Source: Mesoflavibacter profundi
GTDB taxonomy: Bacteria > Bacteroidota > Bacteroidia > Chitinophagales > Saprospiraceae
NCBI GenBank assembly: GCA_964225135.1
Contig: CAXQNQ010000195.1
Span: forward strand, 1-46,304
Length of the DNA stretch: 46,304 bases
Reading direction: 5' to 3'
Below are positions 38,723 to 46,304 of the stretch, piece by piece. A program made the position numbers and the translations under genes. The notes under the pieces are model-generated. The model was not told the origin of the DNA and made no database searches. It saw only the letters and a list, made by a program, of their open reading frames with translations. Positions within the stretch are counted from its first letter, which is position 1, and every line of letters begins with the position of its first letter.

Positions 38723-39912
38723 TCTTTTCTTTCTTTTTGCTCTTGAAGAGCTACTTCTTGGACAGCTTTGCCAACCTTCCAGGCTACTGATTCATTCAAT
38801 GTTGGAGGTATGATACAATCCGCTGTGGGATTAGTGATGTGGTCTGCTATCGCAAAAGCAGCAGCTAGTTTCATTCCATTTGAAATGCGTTTAGCTCTAG
38901 CATCTAAAGCTCCTCTAAATATTCCTGGGAATCCAAGGACATTATTGATTTGGTTCGGTAGATCAGATCGACCTGTGCCAACAATAGCCGCTCCGCCTTT
39001 CTTGGCCTCCTCCGGCATGATTTCAGGAATAGGATTTGCTAGACCGAAGATGATAGCATCTTTAGCCATGGTTTGAACATCCACTGCTGTAAGTAAATTA
39101 CCTACACTTACTCCGATAAATACATCAGCATCGACTAAAGCATCCTGAAGTGACCCAGCTTTGTTCTCAATGTTCGTATAGTTCAGAATTTCTTCTTTTG
39201 CAGAGTTTAAGTTTGTTCTTCCCCTGTGTACAATACCTTTACTATCACAAAGGATTACATCCTTTACGGAGATACATGAACTAGCATCCTCCATATGGAC
39301 ACAGCGCAATAATTTGGCAATAGCAATACCTGCAGCACCTGCACCATTGATTACTACTTTAAGGTCAAAAAGATTCTTTTTAACAACCTTTGCTGCATTG
39401 ATTAGTCCAGCTAATACAACGATGGCAGTTCCATGCTGATCATCATGGAATACAGGAATACCAATATCTTGTAATCTTTCCTCTACTTCAAAACTTCTAG
39501 GAGCAGCAATATCTTCTAAGTTGATTCCTCCAAAGACCGGCGCTATTAATTTTACAGTCTCTACAATTTTATCTACATCTTGAGTATCTAAGCAAATGGG
39601 GAAAGCATCAATATTTGCAAAACGCTTAAAAAGCATAGCTTTTCCTTCCATTACCGGTATAGATGCATGTGCTCCAATATTTCCTAAACCTAATACAGCA
39701 GACCCATCACTTACGATTGCAACAGTGTTACTTTTAATCGTGTAATCATATACTGCCTCTACATCTGCTGCAATTGCTTTACAAGGTTCTGCAACTCCTG
39801 GTGAATACACTAAAGAAAGATCTTCTTTAGTACGTACATCAATTTTAGGATTGACTCTGATTTTTCCCTTTAGCCGCTTGTGTAAATTCAAGGATTCTTT
39901 AAAATAATCCAT
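38719..39912 (-). CDS. NAD(P)-dependent malic enzyme (short form, no PTA domain)
   Basis: 397 aa with LSLVYSPGVAEPC, VSDGSAVLGLGNIG, FGGINLEDI, VFHDDQHGTA, INGAGAAGIA and NPIPEI. Confidence 0.92.
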   Translation of the reverse strand: MDYFKESLNLHKRLKGKIRVNPKIDVRTKEDLSLVYSPGVAEPCKAIAADVEAVYDYTIKSNTVAIVSDGSAVLGLGNIGAHASIPVMEGKAMLFKRFANIDAFPICLDTQDVDKIVETVKLIAPVFGGINLEDIAAPRSFEVEERLQDIGIPVFHDDQHGTAIVVLAGLINAAKVVKKNLFDLKVVINGAGAAGIAIAKLLRCVHMEDASSCISVKDVILCDSKGIVHRGRTNLNSAKEEILNYTNIENKAGSLQDALVDADVFIGVSVGNLLTAVDVQTMAKDAIIFGLANPIPEIMPEEAKKGGAAIVGTGRSDLPNQINNVLGFPGIFRGALDARAKRISNGMKLAAAFAIADHITNPTADCIIPPTLNESVAWKVGKAVQEVALQEQKERKD

Positions 39913-40050
39913 ATAGATTTTTTATGTTTCATACAAAAGCCAACTCGGAACTAGATCCTGCTCTCTTTAATTTGGTTAGCTTTTTGATTTTCAATTCATT
40001 AAGGCAATTATAGGTATTTTAATTGTCTACATTGCTTCAAAATGAAGCAC

Positions 40051-40058
40051 CAAAGTTA
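40051..40058 (-). promoter_or_regulatory. Candidate -7 box (TAACTTTG) upstream of the malic enzyme gene
   Basis: The minus strand reads TAACTTTG, about 140 nt upstream of the ATG at 39912, next to a small hairpin (TGCTTCA-aaa-TGAAGCA). It is weak and has no clean -33 box. Confidence 0.2.
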
Positions 40059-40254
40059 ATTTGATTTGGATTAAATACACTATTCTTTCTGAACTTGTTT
40101 TTTTAAATATTTAAAAGTTTCTGCACTTCTGTTGAAATAAATAAAACTCAAAGCTTGGTTTATTAGTTTTAATGTGGAATTCCTCATTCTCTATTGTATT
40201 AGTGGGTTTTATTAATTTAGATTTGCATGAAGTGCCTTAAATGTTTGTTAGGGC

Positions 40255-41037
40255 ATGGAAAAAAGAGGTTACAGAATGAACAAGATTAGGGCAACTTATC
40301 GATTTTCTTTCTTTTTGGTTACAGCGGTTTGGACAGTGATGCGAATCATGGTCAGCCTTAAATTAGACAAACAAAAAGGACAGGATTATATATTGGAAGT
40401 CAGGCGTAAGTGGGTTAGATACACGATTAAGCGCGTAGGGGTAAAGCTAGACATGAAAGGTGTTCTTCCTGAAATTAAGGGACCTGCCATAATTGTTCAA
40501 AACCACAAATCTTATTTTGATCCCATGATAGCTCTACGTTTGGTTAAGGCAATGCCAGTATCCAAAGCAGAAGTGAGCAGCTGGCCATTGATTGGATACT
40601 TAGCAGACTATACAGGTGTACTTTTTGTGCAAAGAGAAGACCGACAAAGTAGAAAGGATACACTTACTGGGATGGAAAAAGAATTGAAAAAGGGGAATAA
40701 TATCCTCATTTACCCAGAAGGAACCACCACTGCAGATTCAAAGACCCTTCAATTTAAATTAGGATCATTTCGTTTAGCCGCGAAGTTAGGCGTCCCTGTC
40801 ATTCCAATGTCTATTGAATTTTCTAAGGATGAAGATTCATGGATTGGTACGGATATGTTTTTGCCACATTTCTTTAAAACCTTTGGCAAGAAAGAAGTTT
40901 ATATCAAGGCTTCAGTAGGTCCACCTATGTACGGGGATGATCCGGAAAAACTATTAGATGAGGCGCAACAATGGATTGATGCAGATATTCTAAAGCTTCG
41001 AAAAGAATTCGCAGAAGAAGGAATTGCTAGAGACTAA
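40255..41037 (+). CDS. Lysophospholipid (1-acyl-sn-glycerol-3-phosphate) acyltransferase family protein
   Basis: HX4D motif NHKSYFDP, FVQRED, YPEGTTT and VPVIP, with an N-terminal TM helix. An alternative start is at 40273. Confidence 0.85.
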   Translation: MEKRGYRMNKIRATYRFSFFLVTAVWTVMRIMVSLKLDKQKGQDYILEVRRKWVRYTIKRVGVKLDMKGVLPEIKGPAIIVQNHKSYFDPMIALRLVKAMPVSKAEVSSWPLIGYLADYTGVLFVQREDRQSRKDTLTGMEKELKKGNNILIYPEGTTTADSKTLQFKLGSFRLAAKLGVPVIPMSIEFSKDEDSWIGTDMFLPHFFKTFGKKEVYIKASVGPPMYGDDPEKLLDEAQQWIDADILKLRKEFAEEGIARD

Positions 41038-41054
41038 AGTTGGATGCTTATTAA

Positions 41055-41561
41055 CTATTCACCGAGCACAGCTAATTCATCCCCTATACTTACCTGACCT
41101 CCACGAATGACTTTACAAGTTATGCCACCATGGCCTACCATAGCTTGATACCCTCCAGGGCCGATGTTTTCTTCCATTCGATCGCAAGGAACACAATCTC
41201 CTGTGCCCAGGAGAATAACTTCAGATCCAAGGCTGAATGATTTACCAATAAGGGCTTTTAGATTAAATCCTTTTACTAAGAAATTTCTGCGGGTATCTTT
41301 AGGGTCTACACTTGATTTTCCGCAAAGTGCAGCCACTGTTGCAAGGTGTTCTTCCTGCATAATGGTAACCATGCGATTACCTAATTTACCATAATGATCA
41401 TTAGCAATACCTTTACCTTCTTCTATTTGGACGGAATCAGCAGGTATTACCGCTCCTCTTCGTTCTGTTCGATATGAAATATAGGTTACAGTACCTCTTT
41501 GAGGCGCATGAAGAACGAGTTGATCTAATTTATTGGCCATAACAGCTGAGTTTGTATTCAA
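41055..41561 (-). CDS. MOSC domain-containing protein
   Basis: 168 aa with GIANDHYG, the conserved Cys region GDCVPCDRME and GITCKVIRGG. An alternative start is at 41540. Confidence 0.75.
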   Translation of the reverse strand: MNTNSAVMANKLDQLVLHAPQRGTVTYISYRTERRGAVIPADSVQIEEGKGIANDHYGKLGNRMVTIMQEEHLATVAALCGKSSVDPKDTRRNFLVKGFNLKALIGKSFSLGSEVILLGTGDCVPCDRMEENIGPGGYQAMVGHGGITCKVIRGGQVSIGDELAVLGE

Positions 41562-41591
41562 CCAAATATATACAATAGGGATGGAGTTGTC

Positions 41592-41960
41592 CTATTTTTT
41601 AGGTGTAAACTTAAGTGAAATAGAATTGACGCAGTGCCTGGTGTTCTTTGCGGTAAATCGCTCTCCTAAAAAGACATGCCCAAGGTGCCCTTTGCAATTC
41701 GAGCAAATAATTTCAGTTCGCCTACCATCTGAATCAGGGACGCGTTCTACAGCATCTGATATTTCGTCATCAAAACTCGGCCAGCCACAACCAGAATTAA
41801 ATTTGTCCTCGGATTGGTATAGTGGTGCATCACATTGACGGCAAGAATAAGTACCTGCTACCTTATGATCATTATACTCCCCCGTGAATGGTCTTTCAGT
41901 CCCTTTGTGTAGGATTACCCTTGCTTCCTCTGGACTGAGTGGATTATAAGACTTACTCAT
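41592..41960 (-). CDS. msrB: Peptide-methionine (R)-S-oxide reductase
   Basis: 122 aa with Zn-binding CxxC pairs (CRQCDAPLY; [12 protein letters not shown]) and the catalytic RHCVNS. Confidence 0.93.
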   Translation of the reverse strand: MSKSYNPLSPEEARVILHKGTERPFTGEYNDHKVAGTYSCRQCDAPLYQSEDKFNSGCGWPSFDDEISDAVERVPDSDGRRTEIICSNCKGHLGHVFLGERFTAKNTRHCVNSISLKFTPKK

Positions 41961-42577
41961 TAGTTGGATTTTTTTAGATAAGCAGCGTATTGCTTTCTGA
42001 ACTTTTCAATTTTGGGATTAATGATTACTCGACAATACCCATAAGAGGTATTATTTTCATAGAAATCTTGGTGGTATTGTTCTGCATCATAAAATTTAAT
42101 GAAGGGCGAAATCTCAGTAACCACTGGGTCTTCCCATAGCGTAGTGGCGAAGATTTTTTTAACATTTGTAGCAATTTCCTTTTGCTTATTGTTATGGTAG
42201 AAAATTACAGAGCGATATTGTGGACCCTTATCATTCCCTTGTCGGTTCAAAGTTGTAGGATCATGTGTTGTAAAGAAAACTTCACATAGGAATTTAAAGT
42301 CTATCTTCGAGGGGTCATAAGTTATTTGAACCACCTCCGCATGTTTGGTTCTGCCCGTACAAACTTCTTCGTAGGAATAGTATTTAGTATCCCCTGAATA
42401 GCCTGATACTACAGATTCAACACCTTCTAGTTCTTCAAAAACTGCCTCTACACACCAAAAGCATCCGCCTCCAAAGGTTGCTTTTTCATAATTCTGAGCC
42501 CAGGTTGTGGCACTTAGTAAAAAAAGGGTGCCTAGTATTAAGTAGCGCATAATTGTTTCTTTTAAGATATAAGGCAA
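41960..42577 (-). CDS. msrA: Peptide-methionine (S)-S-oxide reductase, with predicted N-terminal signal peptide
   Basis: Catalytic motif [17 protein letters not shown]-like [12 protein letters not shown] and [11 protein letters not shown]. The likely start at 42550 gives [19 protein letters not shown]. The stop overlaps the msrB ATG (TAATG). Confidence 0.9.
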   Translation of the reverse strand: MPYILKETIMRYLILGTLFLLSATTWAQNYEKATFGGGCFWCVEAVFEELEGVESVVSGYSGDTKYYSYEEVCTGRTKHAEVVQITYDPSKIDFKFLCEVFFTTHDPTTLNRQGNDKGPQYRSVIFYHNNKQKEIATNVKKIFATTLWEDPVVTEISPFIKFYDAEQYHQDFYENNTSYGYCRVIINPKIEKFRKQYAAYLKKSN

Positions 42578-42606
42578 AATTGGCGTTAATGGTTTAAATA
42601 GTAGTC

Positions 42607-42639
42607 AAAAAAAAAGGTAATACCTAATAGATATTACCT
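42607..42639 (-). terminator. Rho-independent terminator after MORN-caspase gene A
   Basis: The minus strand reads AGGTAATA-tctattagg-TATTACCT followed by TTTTTTTTT, starting 7 nt after the stop codon. Confidence 0.65.
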
Positions 42640-42645
42640 GCTTTA

Positions 42646-44628
42646 TTACATGCCAAGTACACTGACTGGCATGTTTGGATCGAAATCTCCTTGTATCACT
42701 GGAGTTTGTCTTTTTCCAGTATATGCTTTAACATTTGCATTGATGAATTCAAATAGCTCTGCAATGGTAACTATTCTATCTCTCGGCTGGATATCTGCTT
42801 CTCCTTCCAATCCTTTAATGAGGTAGTGACTAAATACACCTTGTCTAAGGCCTTGAGACTCTAAAGAGGTTTCCTGAGACTTAGAAGACATGATTAGAGC
42901 TGTACCTGCTTTAGCTTGAGCTAATTGATCATAATAGGATTCAATAATTGTTTGGTCCGTTCCACCTTTCATAGCTAGTAATGAACCAGAGTGACAGGCA
43001 TCTGCAATGCAGATCTTGTATTTAGCTTGGCTTTCCTCTAAAATCGATTTAATGGTTTCGTGGTCTAGACGGTTGTTATACCCATCAAAATCAATAGGTA
43101 AAAAAGCACCATTTAAACCATGTCCAGAGAAGTAGAGCATAATCAGATCTTCAGGACCAGCTTTGGCAAAAGTACTGCGCATGGCTTCTATAATCTTTAC
43201 TTTTGTGGCTGCTTCATCAATTAAGACACTGATTTGATCTCCCTCAAGTGCACCCCCTTTAGGTGATCTTAAGAAGGCGTAAACTCTATACGCATCGTCA
43301 TCCGTATACTTTAAGGTAGGCATGTGATCATAAGAGGATACGCCTACCACTACTGCATATACTTTTGGTCTTTTGAAGCCCCGTTTGGTTTTCCTAGTAG
43401 GCATTTCAGAGGTTTTGCTCGCCTCAAATATGCCTTGATACCAATTGCCTTTGATTTCTGATCCGTCAGCACCTATTAAGGTGCCATGACCATGGTAAAC
43501 ACCGTTTTTAAAGTTTCCTACATATTGGTCTCCATTGGGCTTAACTAAGGTGCCATAACCATTTGAACAATCTCCTTCGATGCAGCCCACATTAGAAACT
43601 ACATTTTGGTCTTCCACTAATGTTCCTTCTTCCCACATACCAGAAAGTGTATGGCCATCTGATCCAGTGTATTCACCATCTCCATGGTATAGACCATTTT
43701 GTACATCTCCTATATAAGTGCTTTCATCTGGGTAGTAGAAAGCACCTCTACCGTTGGGTTTTCCATTTTTGAAACTGCCCTCAAATCGTGCACCATTGGC
43801 ATAAGCGAAAATACCAATACCTGAAGTGCAATTACCAGAAACGCATCCAGTTTGAACATTGGCTTCTAACTCATTATTAGACTCATTTGGAAATAGTTCT
43901 GCAATCACTTGTCCATCATTATCTAGGGGTTGACCCTTTTTCCACTGTCCAGTCCATTTTCTACCATCAGCACTTATTTTGGTTCCCCTTCCTTCTGGAT
44001 ATCGCTTTACCCAATTCCCTTGATATTTACTCCCATTGGGATAATAGCAAACACCAATACCATGAATAAGTCCATCCTTGAATTCTCCAATATATGCAGC
44101 CCCAGAAGGGTATATATAGATACCTTTCCCATTGGTGCAATCGCCGCTAATACATCCGGTTTGTTGAGGCTTATTATTCGGATTGCTAAGCCTTTCTTGT
44201 AAGCTTAATTTTTTCTCTTCTTTTATGATGGCATCCATTACTTCAGCTTGGACCTCCTCTTCTTTTGATGCAACTGCAACTGCTTCAGCTGGCTCTTCTG
44301 ATTGAGGTGGGTCAGTAGGTTTCCCTTTGCTCCACCAGCCTTCTGTTCGAGATCCATCAGGATAAATTTTAACACCTTGTCCATCAGGATAATTGTTTAC
44401 CCAATTACCTTGGTAAATAGAACCATCGGAATAAATGAATTTCCCAATTCCATTTGCTTTGCCATCTTTAAAGTGACCTATATATTTACCACCTGATGCA
44501 AAAGTCATTATACCTGTTCCATTGGTGCAATTTCCTGTTTGGCATACTTGTGCAATAGATTGGAAGGTACAAAAAAGCAGTATTGAAAGGGAAAGGAAAT
44601 ATTTGATGTGGTGAGATTTAGAATACAT
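42646..44628 (-). CDS. Exported MORN-repeat protein with C-terminal caspase-like (peptidase C14) domain, 660 aa
   Basis: Signal-like N-terminus, then four MORN blocks (YxGxxxxGxxxGxG). The C-terminal domain retains the His-Cys dyad: YFSGHG (His503, nt 43120-43122) and IADACHSG (Cys545, nt 42994-42996). It also has the orthocaspase tail GVFSHYLIKGLEGEAD...TIAELFEFI...QTPV. Confidence 0.85.
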   Translation of the reverse strand: MYSKSHHIKYFLSLSILLFCTFQSIAQVCQTGNCTNGTGIMTFASGGKYIGHFKDGKANGIGKFIYSDGSIYQGNWVNNYPDGQGVKIYPDGSRTEGWWSKGKPTDPPQSEEPAEAVAVASKEEEVQAEVMDAIIKEEKKLSLQERLSNPNNKPQQTGCISGDCTNGKGIYIYPSGAAYIGEFKDGLIHGIGVCYYPNGSKYQGNWVKRYPEGRGTKISADGRKWTGQWKKGQPLDNDGQVIAELFPNESNNELEANVQTGCVSGNCTSGIGIFAYANGARFEGSFKNGKPNGRGAFYYPDESTYIGDVQNGLYHGDGEYTGSDGHTLSGMWEEGTLVEDQNVVSNVGCIEGDCSNGYGTLVKPNGDQYVGNFKNGVYHGHGTLIGADGSEIKGNWYQGIFEASKTSEMPTRKTKRGFKRPKVYAVVVGVSSYDHMPTLKYTDDDAYRVYAFLRSPKGGALEGDQISVLIDEAATKVKIIEAMRSTFAKAGPEDLIMLYFSGHGLNGAFLPIDFDGYNNRLDHETIKSILEESQAKYKICIADACHSGSLLAMKGGTDQTIIESYYDQLAQAKAGTALIMSSKSQETSLESQGLRQGVFSHYLIKGLEGEADIQPRDRIVTIAELFEFINANVKAYTGKRQTPVIQGDFDPNMPVSVLGM

Positions 44629-44708
44629 GATAGAATGTTATGATTAGTTTGATGGTATTGTGCCATTCAATTAACGACAAAATACCTTTTTTCATTATGA
44701 AGGGTATT

Positions 44709-44732
44709 AAAAAAGGCAGTATAAACTGCCTT
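44709..44732 (-). terminator. Rho-independent terminator after MORN-caspase gene B
   Basis: The minus strand reads AAGGCAG-tttata-CTGCCTT followed by TTTTAA, starting 8 nt after the stop codon. Confidence 0.6.
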
Positions 44733-44739
44733 GTATAAA

Positions 44740-46304
44740 TTATTTCATAGAACTTATAGGTGTTCTTCCATCAAAATCACCATAAATGATAGGTGTTTGC
44801 TTCCCATCCGTGTAGCGCTTCACATTGCTGGAGATGAATTTGAATAATTCAGCAATAGAAATTAATTCATCGTTATTCTTGTTAGCTTGACCTTTTATTC
44901 CTTTGATCAAATAGTAACTGAATACACCAGCCCTCAGTGGGTCATGTTCGTAGGACAATTCTCTTGATGTGGAAGATAATAAAAACGCATATCCTGGTTC
45001 TGAATGATATAGGTGTTTATAAAAATTGGGGTTTATATCCTCCTGTCTTTCTCCTATTCCCTTTTCTGTAAAGTCAGGCATAGCTCCTGATCTGCAGGCA
45101 TCTGCGATAATCAACTTATGTTTAGCTTTTGATGCTTTAAAGATTTCACTTAAAGCTTGGTAGTTGACTAATTTTCCATAGTGGTAGTCAATCGGTATAA
45201 AGCCATTGTATTGACCATGACCGGAATAATAAAATATAACCATATCATTTTCATCTGCTTGGCTAAATATATCAGCAGTGGCTTTCAATATATTATCTTT
45301 GGTAGCCTCCTGATTGGTTAGCAATCGAATCTGTGATTTTTGAAGGGCACCTCCTTCTTTTGATCTCAAATGAAAATACATCCGCATGGCATCTTCATCC
45401 GCATATAAGATATCATCTATATCACCAGGATAGGCACTTACACCAACCAACACTGCATATATGTCTACATCAGATGCTTGGGTATTTTCATAGTAATCTT
45501 GAGGATATACATCAAAGTCTGTAAATGTTCTTACTATGTTACCGTTTAGGAACTCACCATGAATCTCTCCTCCATCAACAAAAGATTTTTTTCCTTTACC
45601 ATTGGGCTCGTCGTTGGAAAACTCCCCATTATAAATATCTCCATTGGGGTAGATTAATTGACCAGATCCTTTAGGTCTACCATCAAAGAACTCCCCTTTA
45701 TAGATATTTCCGTTTTCGTATTGGAAAGTACCTGAATTTTCGTGGCAATATTGTTCATTACAATTAAAGCTGAAGTCATTATTATGTCTTACTATTCTAG
45801 ATGAATTGGATGGCAGTTTCCCATATTGCCATACACTTTCAAAGATTCGACCATCTGTATGCGTAATGGTGCCAGGTCCGTGCATTTGCCCATGGTGAAA
45901 ATATCCTTCAAACTTTGCTCCATCTAATTTTAGGATAATCCCATAACCATGTTGTTTATGATTGTTCCATTGACCTTCATAGATGTCACCATTTGCGAAG
46001 TGAAAAACCCCAAAGCCATGAAATTTACCTTGATTAAAGTGACCTTCATATTTGCCATCCGCATTAGTGAAAATACCATAGCCATTATAAGTGCCGTTGG
46101 CCCATTCTCCAGTATACTGACTATTATCCCTATAAGTGATTTTTCCTTGTCCATGTGGCTTTCCTCCTTGGAAATTTCCTTTGTAAACACCTCCATAAGA
46201 GAATCTGTAACTACTGTAGTTATTCAAGCAATCACCTACCATACATTGCGCTTGTAATAAGTAGGGTAAAAATCCAAATGAAAAAATCAAAATTAAAGTT
46301 CTCA
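44740..46304 (-). CDS. Exported MORN-repeat protein with C-terminal caspase-like (peptidase C14) domain; the 5' end probably lies beyond the window
   Basis: The frame stays open to the window edge (..RTLILIFSFGFLPYLLQAQC), and the ORF-track start at 46290 is a TTG inside a signal-like segment. It has about 9 MORN repeats and the dyad YYSGHG (nt 45217-45219) / IADACRSG (nt 45094-45096). Confidence 0.8.
   Translation of the reverse strand, partial: RTLILIFSFGFLPYLLQAQCMVGDCLNNYSSYRFSYGGVYKGNFQGGKPHGQGKITYRDNSQYTGEWANGTYNGYGIFTNADGKYEGHFNQGKFHGFGVFHFANGDIYEGQWNNHKQHGYGIILKLDGAKFEGYFHHGQMHGPGTITHTDGRIFESVWQYGKLPSNSSRIVRHNNDFSFNCNEQYCHENSGTFQYENGNIYKGEFFDGRPKGSGQLIYPNGDIYNGEFSNDEPNGKGKKSFVDGGEIHGEFLNGNIVRTFTDFDVYPQDYYENTQASDVDIYAVLVGVSAYPGDIDDILYADEDAMRMYFHLRSKEGGALQKSQIRLLTNQEATKDNILKATADIFSQADENDMVIFYYSGHGQYNGFIPIDYHYGKLVNYQALSEIFKASKAKHKLIIADACRSGAMPDFTEKGIGERQEDINPNFYKHLYHSEPGYAFLLSSTSRELSYEHDPLRAGVFSYYLIKGIKGQANKNNDELISIAELFKFISSNVKRYTDGKQTPIIYGDFDGRTPISSMK

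Noticed and set aside
38768-39076. ORFs of about 60-100 aa antisense to, or out of frame within, long genes. Examples are 38768-39076, 45949-46257, 41533-41838, 25724-26026, 8350-8640, 4571-4846 and 1061-1273.
   Set aside because: Each lies entirely inside a longer ORF with strong family motifs. Their translations are low-complexity or Ser/Leu/Ile-rich shadows with no motifs, which is typical of AT-rich genomes.
39913-40254. The longest non-coding spacers (39913-40254, 19793-20082, 37956-38182, 9276-9484), scanned for tRNA, sRNA, riboswitch or CRISPR-like repeats.
   Set aside because: I saw no cloverleaf-compatible sequence, no direct repeats with regular spacing and no recognisable riboswitch cores. 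I found only AT-rich divergent-promoter-like sequence with short hairpins. A covariance-model scan (Infernal/Rfam, tRNAscan-SE) would be needed to exclude small RNAs.
42646-46304. The caspase-like proteases as the protease arm of a bacterial gasdermin system or a CHAT/Craspase-type module.
   Set aside because: There is no gasdermin-like ORF of about 250-300 aa, no CRISPR/Cas genes and no NTPase sensor adjacent in the window. The downstream neighbours are msrA/msrB, and both proteases carry export signals, which does not fit a cytoplasmic gasdermin activator. The upstream neighbour of gene B lies outside the window and remains unchecked.

Overview
AT-rich, densely coding chromosomal segment of about 40 genes. 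By eye I found no rRNA, tRNA, CRISPR array, transposase, integrase or prophage genes. It looks like a gliding member of the phylum Bacteroidota: a PorP/SprF gene is followed by the type IX secretion/gliding core gldK-gldL-gldM-gldN, and a Bacteroidota-style TTTG / TAnnTTTG promoter box pair sits upstream of gldK. Most of the window is housekeeping: hisS, pheS, kpsF, recQ, aroQ, rnpA, radC, an MsbA-like ABC exporter, malic enzyme, a PlsC-type acyltransferase, msrA/msrB and a Na+:solute symporter. There are also envelope glycosylation genes: three family-2 glycosyltransferases, a GT-C-like membrane protein and an O-antigen-ligase-like protein. Four parts are less ordinary. (i) Two tandem, independently terminated paralogues at the right end encode signal-peptide + modular MORN-repeat + caspase-like (peptidase C14) proteins with the catalytic dyad intact. 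(ii) kpsF, a lipoprotein, a 756-aa Cys-rich helical protein and a rhomboid protease form a tightly overlapped operon. (iii) A PIG-L(LmbE) fusion protein, a 46-aa micro-ORF absent from the ORF track and an SSS transporter form another operon. (iv) A QxxRW glycosyltransferase is translationally overlapped with an LRR protein whose C-terminal domain I cannot recognise. I see no canonical defence island or mobile element. All novelty statements are hypotheses that need database and structure searches I cannot run here.
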